This document shows positions 20,346 through 30,464 of a stretch of DNA of 64,000 bases, one piece after another (the stretch's first letter is position 1; each line of letters starts with the position of its first letter). The stretch lies in assembly GCA_031385045.1 (NCBI GenBank), contig JANNBC010000060.1, positions 28,502 to 92,501 of the forward strand. Reading direction: 5' to 3'. The notes beneath the pieces were generated by a model. It ran no database searches and had not been told where the DNA came from. It worked only from the letters and a program-made list of their open reading frames with translations. The DNA comes from a bacterium. Lineage in GTDB: Bacteria; Bdellovibrionota_C; UBA2361; CALJRW01. The position numbers were made by a program, and so were the translations under genes.

Positions 20346-21766
20346 TAGTTTTTGATATTAAAAATATTGCGACAATCTTGAATCTCTCCTGTAACGGCGG
20401 CTGCTGTTACCATTGCTGGAGACATAATTAATGTACGGCCAGTTGGAGATCCCATTCGTCCTTTATAATTACGATTTGATGTCGAGGCACAAAGCTGATC
20501 TCCAACTAATTGGTCAGGATTCATCCCCAGACACATGGAACAGCCTGGTTCTCTAATTTCAAAACCAGCATTTGCTAAGGTCGCTAGGATTCCCAGTTTT
20601 TCTAATTCTACTTTTACTTTTTGAGAGCCTGGAACAACTAGCGCCTGTACTCCTTTAGCGACTTTAAAATTATTTTGAGAAATAAGTTCGGCAACTAATT
20701 TAAAATCAGACACTCGGGCATTAGTGCAAGAACCAAGAAAGGCAAGATCGATTTTTTTACCTGTGATTTTTTCTCCTGGTTGAAACTGCATGTATTCCAT
20801 TGCTTCCGTAAATCCAGCCAAGTTCATCTTAGCCTCTTCCGGGTTAGCTGGGAGTTTGGAGTCGATGGAAATTGATTGATCTAATCCAATTCCCCAAGTA
20901 ACCATTGGTGCAATATCTTCAGCTCGATAATTAACAACATCATCATAGATGGCATCAGGATCTGACTTAATTGATTCCCAATATTTTAAGCGGGCATCCC
21001 ATTCACTCTCTTTGGGAGAGTAGGGGCGACCTTTAATAAAGTCATAGGTTATTTGGTCAGGGTTAACATAACCACAGCGAGCGCTGCCTTCAATCGACAT
21101 GTTGCAAACAGTCATGCGTTCTTCCATCGTAAAGCGATCAAAGACCTCTCCGCCATATTCATAGGCATAGCCACCGCCACCGTTAGCTCCAAGTTTATTG
21201 ATGATATAGAGGATTACATCTTTAGCATAAACTCCTGGTGCTAATTTACCATTTACATTAATTCTACGAACTTTTAATTTTTGTGTGGCAAGTGTTTGTG
21301 TGGCTAGGACATCACGAACTTGAGAAGTTCCTATGCCGAAAGCGATTGCTCCAAAAGCTCCATGAGTTGCCGTATGTGAATCTCCGCAACAAATCGTAAT
21401 CCCTGGTTGAGTTAAGCCTTGTTCTGGCCCAATTACATGCACTATTCCTTGCTCTCCATTTTGTGGAGAGAAGTAGCGGATGCCCGCTTTCTTAACATTT
21501 CGTTCCAGCTCACTAGCCATATCCTCACTTAAGATATCTAAGAAAGGACGTTGGGTATGTTTTGTTGGGATAATATGATCGATTGTGGCAAAGGTCAGTT
21601 CTGGATATTTAACTCCGAGACCACGTTCTTCCAGCATGGCAAAAGCCTGAGGTGTAGTTACTTCGTGAATTAAGTGTAGTCCAATAAATAACTGAAAGAC
21701 GCCTGGTTTTAATTCGCTAACAGTGTGTAGATCGAAGACCTTTGAATAAAGTGTTTTTCCCATCAT
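20345..21766 (-). CDS. leuC: 3-isopropylmalate dehydratase large subunit
   Basis: [42 protein letters not shown] and [12 protein letters not shown]. Confidence 0.96.
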   Translation of the reverse strand: MMGKTLYSKVFDLHTVSELKPGVFQLFIGLHLIHEVTTPQAFAMLEERGLGVKYPELTFATIDHIIPTKHTQRPFLDILSEDMASELERNVKKAGIRYFSPQNGEQGIVHVIGPEQGLTQPGITICCGDSHTATHGAFGAIAFGIGTSQVRDVLATQTLATQKLKVRRINVNGKLAPGVYAKDVILYIINKLGANGGGGYAYEYGGEVFDRFTMEERMTVCNMSIEGSARCGYVNPDQITYDFIKGRPYSPKESEWDARLKYWESIKSDPDAIYDDVVNYRAEDIAPMVTWGIGLDQSISIDSKLPANPEEAKMNLAGFTEAMEYMQFQPGEKITGKKIDLAFLGSCTNARVSDFKLVAELISQNNFKVAKGVQALVVPGSQKVKVELEKLGILATLANAGFEIREPGCSMCLGMNPDQLVGDQLCASTSNRNYKGRMGSPTGRTLIMSPAMVTAAAVTGEIQDCRNIFNIKN

Positions 21767-21767
21767 G

Positions 21768-22370
21768 CTAAATTAATGGAGTTAGTGAGATAAGTCCAGT
21801 CTCCGTTAGTAAAAAATCCATTTTTTGATCATGAGATTCCTGCGGTAAACTTTTTATAACTTGGATTTTTAGCGCGATTCCAATCTTGATAAGCTTAACC
21901 GATTGGGGGAAATCATAGAGGAAGCGATCGTAGAATCCCAAGCCTCGACCGAGGCGATTTCCTGCTAGATCAAAGCCAAGTCCAGGAATTAGGGCAATCA
22001 CAGTCTGAAAATCAGTCGCAACAAACTTATTAATTTTTTCTGGTTCGTAAATTCCAAAGCTACCAGGAGATAGCTTGTCGGAATTCTGATAAAATTCCAT
22101 ACCAAAGTTTTCCAAAACTTTAGGAATAAAGATTGGCGCGGGAGATTTGAGATCTTTCCATGTTGCAGAAAGATCAATTTCGCCTAAAAAATGGGGACTA
22201 TATGATAAGAATGCTACTGCTTGATTATTTAGGGGAAGTTTTGATTGTAGGAAGTTACCTAGGTGAAGATTGAGAGCAATAGTTGTTTCGCTTAATTCAT
22301 GGCTGGATATTTTACTGATAATTTCACGAAATTTCTGGCGATAGGCTGACTTATTTTGAATTTCTGACAT
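21768..22370 (-). CDS. ygfA: 5-formyltetrahydrofolate cyclo-ligase
   Basis: [28 protein letters not shown] and HDQKMD. Confidence 0.93.
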   Translation of the reverse strand: MSEIQNKSAYRQKFREIISKISSHELSETTIALNLHLGNFLQSKLPLNNQAVAFLSYSPHFLGEIDLSATWKDLKSPAPIFIPKVLENFGMEFYQNSDKLSPGSFGIYEPEKINKFVATDFQTVIALIPGLGFDLAGNRLGRGLGFYDRFLYDFPQSVKLIKIGIALKIQVIKSLPQESHDQKMDFLLTETGLISLTPLI

Positions 22371-22399
22371 TGATATTTTCGCTTTAGCAAATTTTCCAA

Positions 22400-22574
22400 G
22401 GCAGAGAGTCCTGCGCGCTAGATGTTCCTTTTTCTATCCTAGCAATTTCGGATAATTTTCGTCAGTATTAGACTTTAGGGGGACGAAGATTCCAAATTTG
22501 AAAAGGAGCTTGGCTTAGAAAGTCTTTTTTATTGGCAAAGACTTTTTAGCTTGATATTTAGGACTTAACTTGCC
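22400..22574. ncRNA. Candidate 6S RNA-like structured element upstream of ygfA
   Basis: About 175-nt imperfect rod closed by GGCA/TGCC and AGTCCT/AGGACT, with inner stems TCCTTTT/AAAAGGA and TTCGTC/GACGAA. ssrS-ygfA adjacency is known in other bacteria. No sequence motif confirmed; strand unresolved. Confidence 0.3.
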
Positions 22575-22599
22575 ATTTTTCTTAGATTATTGCTATAAC
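22570..22599 (+). promoter_or_regulatory. Putative sigma70 promoter for secY-adk
   Basis: TTGCCA (22570-22575), 18 bp, extended -10 TG-c-TATAAC (22591-22599). Confidence 0.55.
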
Positions 22600-22785
22600 A
22601 ATCCTTCTTGTTTTACTGAGTAGTTTACTGGTTGGTCCAATTTTCTGCTTTTTAAAAATCTCAAATTACGTTACTTTGTCGCGTCGCCTTACCAAGATCT
22701 TAATTTGGTTAGTGGTCGTACGGTAAGCTTCCAAAGTCTTTGCCATTAGCAAATACTTTTGAAATTTACTTTAATTTGGACAAAA

Positions 22786-24129
22786 ATGATTTCCAGCTTG
22801 GATAATATTAAGCAAATTCCTGAACTAAAAAAGAAAATTTGGTTTACTCTTTTCATGTTAGCCGTTTATCGTTTAGGGGTATTCGTTTCAACTCCAGGGA
22901 TTAACGTTGAAGCACTTCGTAATATGTTTCAGCAGGCTGGGGGAACGCTCTTTGGTCTTCTAAATATGTTCTCTGGTGGATCCTTAGAAAACTTTTCGAT
23001 CTTCACTTTGGGGATCATGCCTTACATCTCAGTCTCAATCATTGTGCAGTTTATTACTCCGGTAGTTCCAGCCTTGGATGCCTTAAAAAAAGAAGGGCAG
23101 GCGGGACAAAAAATCATTACTGGATATACTAGAAAAGCCACAATTCTTTTAGCTTTGTTTCAAGGTTTGATGATCGCTAAAGGCTTGGAGTCTCAAGGTC
23201 TGGCCTTAGTTCCTGGATGGGACTTTCGTATTTCTACGATGATGACGCTTACTGCGGGAACAGCTTTTATCATGTGGTTAGGTGAGCAGATTACTGAGCG
23301 TGGTATTGGGAATGGAATCAGCATGATTATTTTTGCTGGAATTATTGCCCGTATGCCTCAAGTTATGATGGAAACTTTAGCACTGACTAGAACTGGCGAG
23401 CTTAGTCCTTTCACGATTTTATTTGTTTTTGCTTTTGTTTTCTTAACGATTGCCGCGATTGTTTTTGTAGAAAAATCTCAGCGTAAGATTCCTGTGCAGT
23501 ACCCAAGAAGAATGGTTGGGAATAACATGGCGCAGGCGCAGACGCAATTTTTACCATTAAAGGTAAATATGGCTGGGGTGATTCCGCCAATCTTTGCCGT
23601 AGCATTTTTATCTTTACCAGCAACAATTGCCCAGTTTAATCCAGATAATCAGATTCTATCTGAAATTATGACTTACATCTCACCAGGCAACTGGCCATAT
23701 GTAGTTGTTTATACAATTTTGATTTTTGTGTTCTGTTACTACTACACATCGATTATGTATAACCCTAAAGAAGTGGCTGATAACCTTAAAAAACAAGGTG
23801 GTTTTATCCCTTCAGTTCGTCCTGGAGAGCAAACAGCAGAATTTCTTTATGGTGTTTTAAATCGCTTAACATTTTGGGGGGCAATTTACATTGCTTCAAT
23901 TTGTTTAATTCCACAGATGGTTTACATGGAACTTAATACAAAATCTTTTGCTTATATTTTTGGTGGTACTGCAATTCTAATCGTAGTATCTGTGACTTTG
24001 GATCTTGCTTCTCAAATTCAATCACACGTTATGGGTCAGCAGTATCAGGCGTTTATGGAAAAAAGTGCTAACAATAAAGTAGGTGCTGTCTCCATGAGAA
24101 AGTTAAGATCAAAAGCCCTTAGAAGATAA
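22786..24129 (+). CDS. secY: Preprotein translocase subunit SecY
   Basis: LGIMPYISVSII, WLGEQITERGIGNGIS, NMAGVIPPIFA and GFIPSVRPG; ATG 22786 preferred. Confidence 0.99.
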   Translation: MISSLDNIKQIPELKKKIWFTLFMLAVYRLGVFVSTPGINVEALRNMFQQAGGTLFGLLNMFSGGSLENFSIFTLGIMPYISVSIIVQFITPVVPALDALKKEGQAGQKIITGYTRKATILLALFQGLMIAKGLESQGLALVPGWDFRISTMMTLTAGTAFIMWLGEQITERGIGNGISMIIFAGIIARMPQVMMETLALTRTGELSPFTILFVFAFVFLTIAAIVFVEKSQRKIPVQYPRRMVGNNMAQAQTQFLPLKVNMAGVIPPIFAVAFLSLPATIAQFNPDNQILSEIMTYISPGNWPYVVVYTILIFVFCYYYTSIMYNPKEVADNLKKQGGFIPSVRPGEQTAEFLYGVLNRLTFWGAIYIASICLIPQMVYMELNTKSFAYIFGGTAILIVVSVTLDLASQIQSHVMGQQYQAFMEKSANNKVGAVSMRKLRSKALRR

Positions 24130-24148
24130 GACAAGAGGAGATAGCGCG

Positions 24149-24709
24149 ATGAACGTAATTGTATTACTTGGCCCTCCAGGAGCTGGTAAAGGAACTCAAG
24201 CTAAGTTGCTAGCGAAAGCTTTGGGGATTCCCCATATCTCCTCTGGTGACTTATTTAGAGAGGCTGTTGCTAGTGGCTCAGCATTAGGTCAACAAGTTAA
24301 ATCCTTAATTGATTCTGGGGAATTAGTTCCTGATAATGTTTTGTTAGATGTTGTTAAAAACCGCATCTCGCAAGCTGATTGTAAAAATGGATTTCTAATG
24401 GATGGAACTCCGCGAACTATACCTCAGGCGGAAGCCTTTGGTGATTTAGTTAAGCGGATGGATGGCCAACTAAAAGTTGTTGAGTTAGAAGTGCCAGAGC
24501 AGCTTTTGATTGATCGGATTAAACATCGTTCAACAGAATCGGGCAGAGCTGATGATAATCAAGAAGTGCTAGTAAATCGCTTAAAGGTTTACTGGAAACA
24601 GACAGCCCCATTAGTTGATTTCTATCAGAAATTAGGACAGTTAATTAAGGTTGATGGGGACGGAACGGTAGAGGATGTCCAGAAAATGCTATTATCTCGA
24701 TTAAGTTAA
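24149..24709 (+). CDS. adk: Adenylate kinase, short-LID form
   Basis: GPPGAGKGTQA, HISSGDLFR, GELVPD, DGTPRT and GRADD, with no long LID insert. Confidence 0.97.
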   Translation: MNVIVLLGPPGAGKGTQAKLLAKALGIPHISSGDLFREAVASGSALGQQVKSLIDSGELVPDNVLLDVVKNRISQADCKNGFLMDGTPRTIPQAEAFGDLVKRMDGQLKVVELEVPEQLLIDRIKHRSTESGRADDNQEVLVNRLKVYWKQTAPLVDFYQKLGQLIKVDGDGTVEDVQKMLLSRLS

Positions 24710-24749
24710 GGGTAATTTGGGTCAATTGGCTGATTTCTAGCCAGTAGAC

Positions 24750-24785
24750 TTGCAATATAATGAAAAAATGTTAATATTCGCGCCC
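24750..24785 (+). promoter_or_regulatory. Putative promoter of the alpha operon
   Basis: TTGCAA (24750), 16 bp, TG-t-TAATAT (24769-24777), then GC-rich discriminator TCGCGCCC. Confidence 0.55.
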
Positions 24786-24941
24786 TTAGTAAATAAGTGT
24801 AAGTCGGCTTAATCAGGCACGGATTTTATTGAATTTTTCTGTTAAAACGAGAAAAATTGCTGATCCGAAAGAGTGATTAAGTTGTTTCGTTTGGCAAAAT
24901 TGATTTTGCTGTACTTGTGATTTTAAAAAATTGTAGAAATT

Positions 24942-25058
24942 ATGAAGGTTAGAGCTTCAGTCAAAAAAATTTGTGACTATTGTAAAGTGATTCGCCGCAA
25001 AGGTACTGTTCATGTGATTTGTGCCCGCAATCCTAAGCATAAACAAAGACAAGGTTAA
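24942..25058 (+). CDS. rpmJ: 50S ribosomal protein L36 (not in the ORF track)
   Basis: Manual translation [38 protein letters not shown]. Confidence 0.99.
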   Translation: MKVRASVKKICDYCKVIRRKGTVHVICARNPKHKQRQG

Positions 25059-25090
25059 TTAAATTAAGATAACATTATAGAAGGAGAATT

Positions 25091-25474
25091 ATGGCTCGAA
25101 TTGGTGGTGTGGACTTGCCAAAGAAAAAAAGAGTGGAATACGCGCTTACTTACATTTATGGAGTAGGGCTTACTAGCTCACGCCGTATTTTAAACAGTGC
25201 GGGAATTGATTTATCTATTCGCTCAGAAAGTTTAACAGATGATCAAGTTGCGTCAATTCGTACCTTGTTGGAATCTGGTGCATACAAAATTGAAGGTGAT
25301 TTGAGAAGAGAAACTCAATCTAACCTTAAACGTTTGATGGATCTTGGTTGTTACCGTGGTCTTCGTCATCGTAAGGGCTTGCCTGCTCGTGGTCAAAGAA
25401 CACGAACAAATGCTCGCACACGTAAAGGACCAGTTAAGCAAGCAGTTGCTGGTAAGAAGATGATTAAGAAATAA
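25091..25474 (+). CDS. rpsM: 30S ribosomal protein S13
   Basis: [10 protein letters not shown] and [26 protein letters not shown]. Confidence 0.99.
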   Translation: MARIGGVDLPKKKRVEYALTYIYGVGLTSSRRILNSAGIDLSIRSESLTDDQVASIRTLLESGAYKIEGDLRRETQSNLKRLMDLGCYRGLRHRKGLPARGQRTRTNARTRKGPVKQAVAGKKMIKK

Positions 25475-25494
25475 TTTAATAATAGGAGTTTACC

Positions 25495-25896
25495 TTGGCT
25501 AAAGGAAAAGTTGTTGCTGTAGCAAAAAAGAAAAAAGCTAAAAAGAATGTTCCCGTGGGATTTGCCTACGTTAATTCTACTTTTAACAATACAATCGTAA
25601 CGATTACTGATCCGACTGGTAACGTAATCTCTTGGTCTAGCTCTGGAGCTCATGGCTTTAAGGGATCTCGTAAATCTACTCCTTTCGCAGCTCAGGTTGC
25701 GGGAGAGAACGCTGCTCGTAAGGCTCGAGAAGCTGCTGGAATGCGTTCAGTTGTAGCTTACGTTAATGGACCTGGTGCTGGACGTGAGTCTGCTCTTAGA
25801 GCAATCAATGGCGCTGGCTTGTCGATTACATTAATTAAAGATACGACTCCGGTTCCGCATAATGGTTGCCGACCAAGAAAAACTCGTCGCGTATAG
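25495..25896 (+). CDS. rpsK: 30S ribosomal protein S11 (TTG start)
   Basis: [26 protein letters not shown] and PVPHNGCRP. Confidence 0.99.
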   Translation: MAKGKVVAVAKKKKAKKNVPVGFAYVNSTFNNTIVTITDPTGNVISWSSSGAHGFKGSRKSTPFAAQVAGENAARKAREAAGMRSVVAYVNGPGAGRESALRAINGAGLSITLIKDTTPVPHNGCRPRKTRRV

Positions 25897-25963
25897 TAAT
25901 TAATAAACAGATTACAAACATTGCAATTTAGATTTGCAATAAAATTTTGAGAATGGAGACTGC

Positions 25964-26989
25964 ATGAAGAAAGTAAGATTAAGTGATATTATCAAACCAA
26001 AAAGAATCGAAGTGGAAGACAGTTCACAAGACGGAAGTTTTGGTAAGTTTGTTGCTGAGCCTTTAGAAAGAGGTTTTGGTTTAACAATCGGTAATGCGCT
26101 ACGTCGTGTACTTCTTTCTACATTAGAAGGTTCTGCTATTACTTCGGTTCGCATTGATAAAGTGCAACATGAGTTTGCAACAATCTCTGGTGTCGTGGAA
26201 GATGTAACTGAAATTATCTTAAACTTAAAAGAAGTTGTTATTGATCTAAATGACAAAGATGTTGCGACTCTAAGAATCGTTAAGTCCGAAGCTGGTCCGG
26301 TGACTGCTGGTGATTTCGAAGGGGATCCTGCTGTTACGATTGTTAATGCTGCTCAACACGTTGCCACAATCTCTCCTGGCGGAAAAATTGATTTAGAAGT
26401 TACTGTACGTCGTGGACGTGGTTATGTAACTGCTGAGAAAAATAAAGTTGAAGGTGCACCAGATGGAACGATCTTTATCGACTCTATTTTCTCTCCAATT
26501 CGTAAAGTTAACTTAAATGTTACAGACGCTCGTATTGGTCAAAGAACTGACTATGATAAATTAGTGCTAGAAGTTTGGACTGATGGAAGCATTGAGCCAC
26601 GAGTTGCTGTATCTCAAGCTGCTAACATTATTTATGATCAGTTAGCCTTGTTTGTTGGTGATGGTTTAATTGAAGTTCAACAAGAAGTTGTAACTGAAAT
26701 GCCAAAAGCTCAACTGAATGAAAATCTTTACCGTCGAATTGACGAACTAGAGTTAAGCGTCCGTAGCGCTAACTGTTTAGAAAACGCTGATATTAAATAT
26801 ATCTGTGAATTAGTCAGCCGTAGTGAAGGGGAAATGTTAAGAACTAAAAACTTTGGTCGTAAGTCTTTAAATGAAATTAAAGAAATCTTGACTAAGATGA
26901 ATTTAGGTTTGGGAATGGATATTGTTAGTGTGCCATCACGTGAAGAGCTTGACCGCTTGGCTCGTGAAGGTTCCGCAGAACAACTTTAA
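25964..26989 (+). CDS. rpoA: RNA polymerase alpha subunit
   Basis: EPLERGFGLTIGNALRRVLLS, LELSVRSANCL and KNFGRKSLNEI. Confidence 0.99.
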   Translation: MKKVRLSDIIKPKRIEVEDSSQDGSFGKFVAEPLERGFGLTIGNALRRVLLSTLEGSAITSVRIDKVQHEFATISGVVEDVTEIILNLKEVVIDLNDKDVATLRIVKSEAGPVTAGDFEGDPAVTIVNAAQHVATISPGGKIDLEVTVRRGRGYVTAEKNKVEGAPDGTIFIDSIFSPIRKVNLNVTDARIGQRTDYDKLVLEVWTDGSIEPRVAVSQAANIIYDQLALFVGDGLIEVQQEVVTEMPKAQLNENLYRRIDELELSVRSANCLENADIKYICELVSRSEGEMLRTKNFGRKSLNEIKEILTKMNLGLGMDIVSVPSREELDRLAREGSAEQL

Positions 26990-26999
26990 GGATTAAGAC

Positions 27000-27404
27000 A
27001 TGCGTCATAAGAAAAATTTTAGAAAATTTAAGAGAGAGTCTTCTCACCGTGTAGCAATGCTAAACAATTTAGTCACTTCATTGTTGCGTCACGAAAGAAT
27101 TAAAACAACTTTAGCAAAAGCTAAAGACCTTCGTGGTGTGATTGAGCCATTAATTACTAAGGCTGGGGAAGATAATATTCATAACCGTCGTCAAGCATAT
27201 AATACTGTTTTTGACAAAGCTGTTGTGCACAAATTATTTACTGAGCTTGGACCACGTTACCAAAAAAGAGCTGGTGGTTACACTAGAGTCTTAAAGATTG
27301 GTTCTCGTGCTGGGGATGCTGCTCCAATGGCAATCATTGAATTAGTTGATTCTCCGATGGTTGCAAAATCATTAGAAGAAGTCGCTGAAGCTACCGCTGC
27401 TTAG
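27000..27404 (+). CDS. rplQ: 50S ribosomal protein L17
   Basis: [23 protein letters not shown] and [13 protein letters not shown]. Confidence 0.99.
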   Translation: MRHKKNFRKFKRESSHRVAMLNNLVTSLLRHERIKTTLAKAKDLRGVIEPLITKAGEDNIHNRRQAYNTVFDKAVVHKLFTELGPRYQKRAGGYTRVLKIGSRAGDAAPMAIIELVDSPMVAKSLEEVAEATAA

Positions 27405-27591
27405 GTTGACTCCCAAAAAAAGCTTTCCGTCGTCGCCATTAAATATTGTATAGTTTTTCAATAATTTCCTTGGCTATGACGTGACAAGCCGACGCTCCGA
27501 TGAGGGGCTTTTTTTTGGTCTTTTTTATTACTAAAACCTGTAATGAGTGTTTGGTAAAAGATGTTTAGAACTTTATAATAAATAAAATACA

Positions 27592-28362
27592 ATGGATCTA
27601 AAGGGTAAAAAATTTCTAGTCCTGGGTGTTGCTAATGAAAAAAGTATTGCTTGGTCAATTACTCAGGCCTTGCATCAAGCAGGTGCTGAGCTTGCAATGA
27701 CTTATGTTAACGAAGCAATTGAGAAGCGCCTGCGACCATTAGCTGCCGAAGTTGATTGTAAGCTAATTTATCCATGTGATGTGCAAAGCGATGAAAGCTT
27801 GGATAAGCTTTTTATCGATCTGAAAGCTACTTGGGGAACTCTTGATGGTGTCATTCATTCAGTTGCTTTTGCTAATCGGGAAGATTTATCAAATCGTTTT
27901 TCTGCTACTTCTCGTGCTGGTTTTAACTTAGCATTAGATGTTTCTGCCTATTCTTTAATTGCAGTTGCTGCTCGTGCAGCTGTTATGATGAAAGAAAATG
28001 GTGGAACTATCTTAACATTAACTTATCTGGGAGCAGTTCGCGCTATTCCTAATTATAATGTGATGGGAGTTGCCAAGGCCGCTTTAGAAGCATCTGTTCG
28101 TTACCTAGCTGCTGATTTAGGTCAGGATAATATTAGAGTAAATGCAATTTCTGCTGGCCCAATAAAAACCCTAGCGGCCTCTGGCATTCCCGGCTTTAGA
28201 GAAATGCTGACTAAGTTTGCTGAGGCGGCACCACTTAAGCGCAATGTTACTCAAGAAGATGTTGCTAAGTCGGCTTTATTTTATTTGAGTGATTATAGCT
28301 GTGGAATTACTGGTGAGATTACCTATGTTGACTGTGGTTTTAGCACTGTCGGCTTAATCTAG
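27592..28362 (+). CDS. fabI: Enoyl-ACP reductase (NADH)
   Basis: GVANEKSIAW, YNVMGVAKAALE and NAISAGPIKTLAASGI. Confidence 0.96.
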   Translation: MDLKGKKFLVLGVANEKSIAWSITQALHQAGAELAMTYVNEAIEKRLRPLAAEVDCKLIYPCDVQSDESLDKLFIDLKATWGTLDGVIHSVAFANREDLSNRFSATSRAGFNLALDVSAYSLIAVAARAAVMMKENGGTILTLTYLGAVRAIPNYNVMGVAKAALEASVRYLAADLGQDNIRVNAISAGPIKTLAASGIPGFREMLTKFAEAAPLKRNVTQEDVAKSALFYLSDYSCGITGEITYVDCGFSTVGLI

Positions 28363-28385
28363 TATCAAAATTAAAGCATGATCAG

Positions 28386-28422
28386 AAGGTCTGGGATTTT
28401 AAGAAATCTCAGGCCTTTTTTT
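28386..28422 (+). terminator. Rho-independent terminator after fabI
   Basis: AAGGTCTGGGATTTT-aa-GAAATCTCAGGCCTT followed by a T-tract. Confidence 0.8.
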
Positions 28423-28470
28423 ATTGTTAGAACTATATTAATCTTAAGCTAAGTCTATAAGATCCCAATC

Positions 28471-29055
28471 ATGAAAAAACTGCTAGTTACCTTTTTCTCA
28501 ATTAATCTACTTGCCTGTGGTTTTCAGTTTCAAGGAAGTGGAAGTGTTTTACCTAGTTCTATTAAGACAGTTTATATTAAAGATGTAATTAATAATTCTA
28601 CAGAATCTCAAGCTGGATTGCTATTAACAGAAGCACTAAAGGATCGTTTTGATCGCTATGGAACTCTTCAGGTTGTGGAGTCGGAGTTAGCAGCAGATGC
28701 TGTTTTAGAAACAGAAATTATACGTTTTGAACGACAATCAGCCGCCGTTACAGCTGCTACAGATACCGCCTTACAACAGGATACAATCATGGGAATATCC
28801 GCCGAGCTAGTTTCTAACGCTGGTGTAACTCTGTGGTCTAATCCCAGAATAACTTTGTCGCAGACTTTTGGTTCCGCAGCTAATGCCGTGGTCACTTCAG
28901 CACCAGGTTTTGCCTCAGGTGGTTTGAACGCTAGTGATTTAGGAAAGCTAAATGAACGTGAGATTGCTCGTAGTCAAGAAGGACAGATAGTTGAGGATAT
29001 GACAGAGCTTGCTGCTAAAAAGATCTATGAGCAAGCAGTGTTGCCGGAATTCTAG
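28471..29055 (+). CDS. lptE: LPS assembly lipoprotein LptE-like
   Basis: Lipobox LLACGFQF, LPSSIKTVYI and LTEALKDRF. Confidence 0.7.
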   Translation: MKKLLVTFFSINLLACGFQFQGSGSVLPSSIKTVYIKDVINNSTESQAGLLLTEALKDRFDRYGTLQVVESELAADAVLETEIIRFERQSAAVTAATDTALQQDTIMGISAELVSNAGVTLWSNPRITLSQTFGSAANAVVTSAPGFASGGLNASDLGKLNEREIARSQEGQIVEDMTELAAKKIYEQAVLPEF

Positions 29056-29065
29056 ATTATTCAGG

Positions 29066-29839
29066 TTATAAATCTATCCGTTCAATTTCTAGGCAATTGC
29101 CACTTGTCTGATCGATGTTAGCAAGAATGCCAGAAACTTTTTCTTCTCCTATCCCAGGTTCAAAATGAGTAGGGACATCTAAAAATCTCTGTATTGCAGC
29201 TTCTTGATCCATCCCAATTACATGGGCATAGCTTCCACAAATTCCTAAGTCAGTAACATAGCCAGTACCTTTGCTGATTTGATGGTCAGCAGTTGGAACG
29301 TGTGTGTGTGTTCCAACTATTAAGCTGACCTTACCAGAAAGAAATCTAAATAGAGCATACTTTTCCGACGTTGCTTCAGCATGAAAATCTATTACTTTAA
29401 TTGGACAATCTGCAAATTCTTTGTCAATTAAAGATTCTGCTAAGCGAAAAGGGCAGTCGCTAAGGGTTGGCATAAAGACTCGACCAATAATATTTAGTAC
29501 GGCGATCTTAGTTCCTTGAAATTCAATAATTGAATAACCTTTGCCACCACTTTTGGCATAAAGATTTGCTGGGCGAATAATTTTTGGATTTTGATCAAGA
29601 ACTGGAATGATTTTTTTTTCATCCCAACAGTGATCTCCTAGTGTAATGAAATCAACTCCAGCTTTGAATAAATCATTGGCAATTTGTGGGGAGATTCCGC
29701 GACCACCAGCGGAGTTTTCTCCATTTACGAATAGTAAGTCGTACTGGTATTTAGCTTTTAATTCTGGAATTTTGCTAATTACAATTTGACGACCAGAACG
29801 CCCAACTATGTCTCCTAGAAAGGCGATCTTGATTGTCAT
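29066..29839 (-). CDS. ymdB: YmdB/TIGR00282 family metallophosphoesterase
   Basis: GDIVGRSGR, NGENSAGGRG, DFHAEATSEK, GTHTHVPTAD and TDLG. Confidence 0.92.
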   Translation of the reverse strand: MTIKIAFLGDIVGRSGRQIVISKIPELKAKYQYDLLFVNGENSAGGRGISPQIANDLFKAGVDFITLGDHCWDEKKIIPVLDQNPKIIRPANLYAKSGGKGYSIIEFQGTKIAVLNIIGRVFMPTLSDCPFRLAESLIDKEFADCPIKVIDFHAEATSEKYALFRFLSGKVSLIVGTHTHVPTADHQISKGTGYVTDLGICGSYAHVIGMDQEAAIQRFLDVPTHFEPGIGEEKVSGILANIDQTSGNCLEIERIDL

Positions 29840-30247
29840 TTATGAAATTCTAAAAGCAGTAGATTGAAGTTCCGTAGCTAGTAAATTAAAAGTTCTTGAT
29901 GTTAATAATTTTAGACTGGCATCATTAACCAATTTGCCAGAGTTATTAGCAACACTTTCATATTGTAAAACTAATTCGTTCATTGCTGGGCGAGAAGTAT
30001 AGCCAGCTTGTTTTATTAATTTACGAAGGCTTTTGGCAATATCTGTGGCAATTGTGTGATCCGTAACCACAAGTTCTAACTTCTCTGTTAACGGTGTTAG
30101 TTCTGCCTTGGCAGGTGTTTCTACAGTTGCAACTTTAGCATAACGTTCTTTCGCTAATGTTAGGAGTGTATCTACTGATTTATATTCGCCACGCGGGGCA
30201 CAAGCAGAGATTAGGCAAAGGAATACGATAGCAATGATTTTTAACAT
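29840..30247 (-). CDS. Hypothetical lipoprotein
   Basis: Signal peptide and lipobox MLKIIAIVFLCLISAC from ATG 30247; abuts ymdB. Confidence 0.65.
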   Translation of the reverse strand: MLKIIAIVFLCLISACAPRGEYKSVDTLLTLAKERYAKVATVETPAKAELTPLTEKLELVVTDHTIATDIAKSLRKLIKQAGYTSRPAMNELVLQYESVANNSGKLVNDASLKLLTSRTFNLLATELQSTAFRIS

Positions 30248-30464
30248 AATAATTAAGTAAGAAAATTCGGCTTTTGATGCTGTGAATCTTAGCAATTCAA
30301 ACCGCCAAGAATTTACTATAAATTCTATAAACAATCCAGAGTGCTTTTCGGAACTTGTAAGGAGTAAATTTGCTCCAAAAATTAGCTTTTGCTATTGTTT
30401 TAAAAGAGTTCTTTTAAAACATTTTCTGATTTTTAATTGAGTATTTTTCTTTTGCTATTTAATT

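Noticed and set aside
3175..26256. Antisense and alternate-frame ORFs over fusA, tuf, ribosomal genes, secY and rpoA (e.g. 5137-5589, 8307-8660, 25912-26256)
   Set aside because: Shadows of strongly conserved genes, with no motifs of their own.
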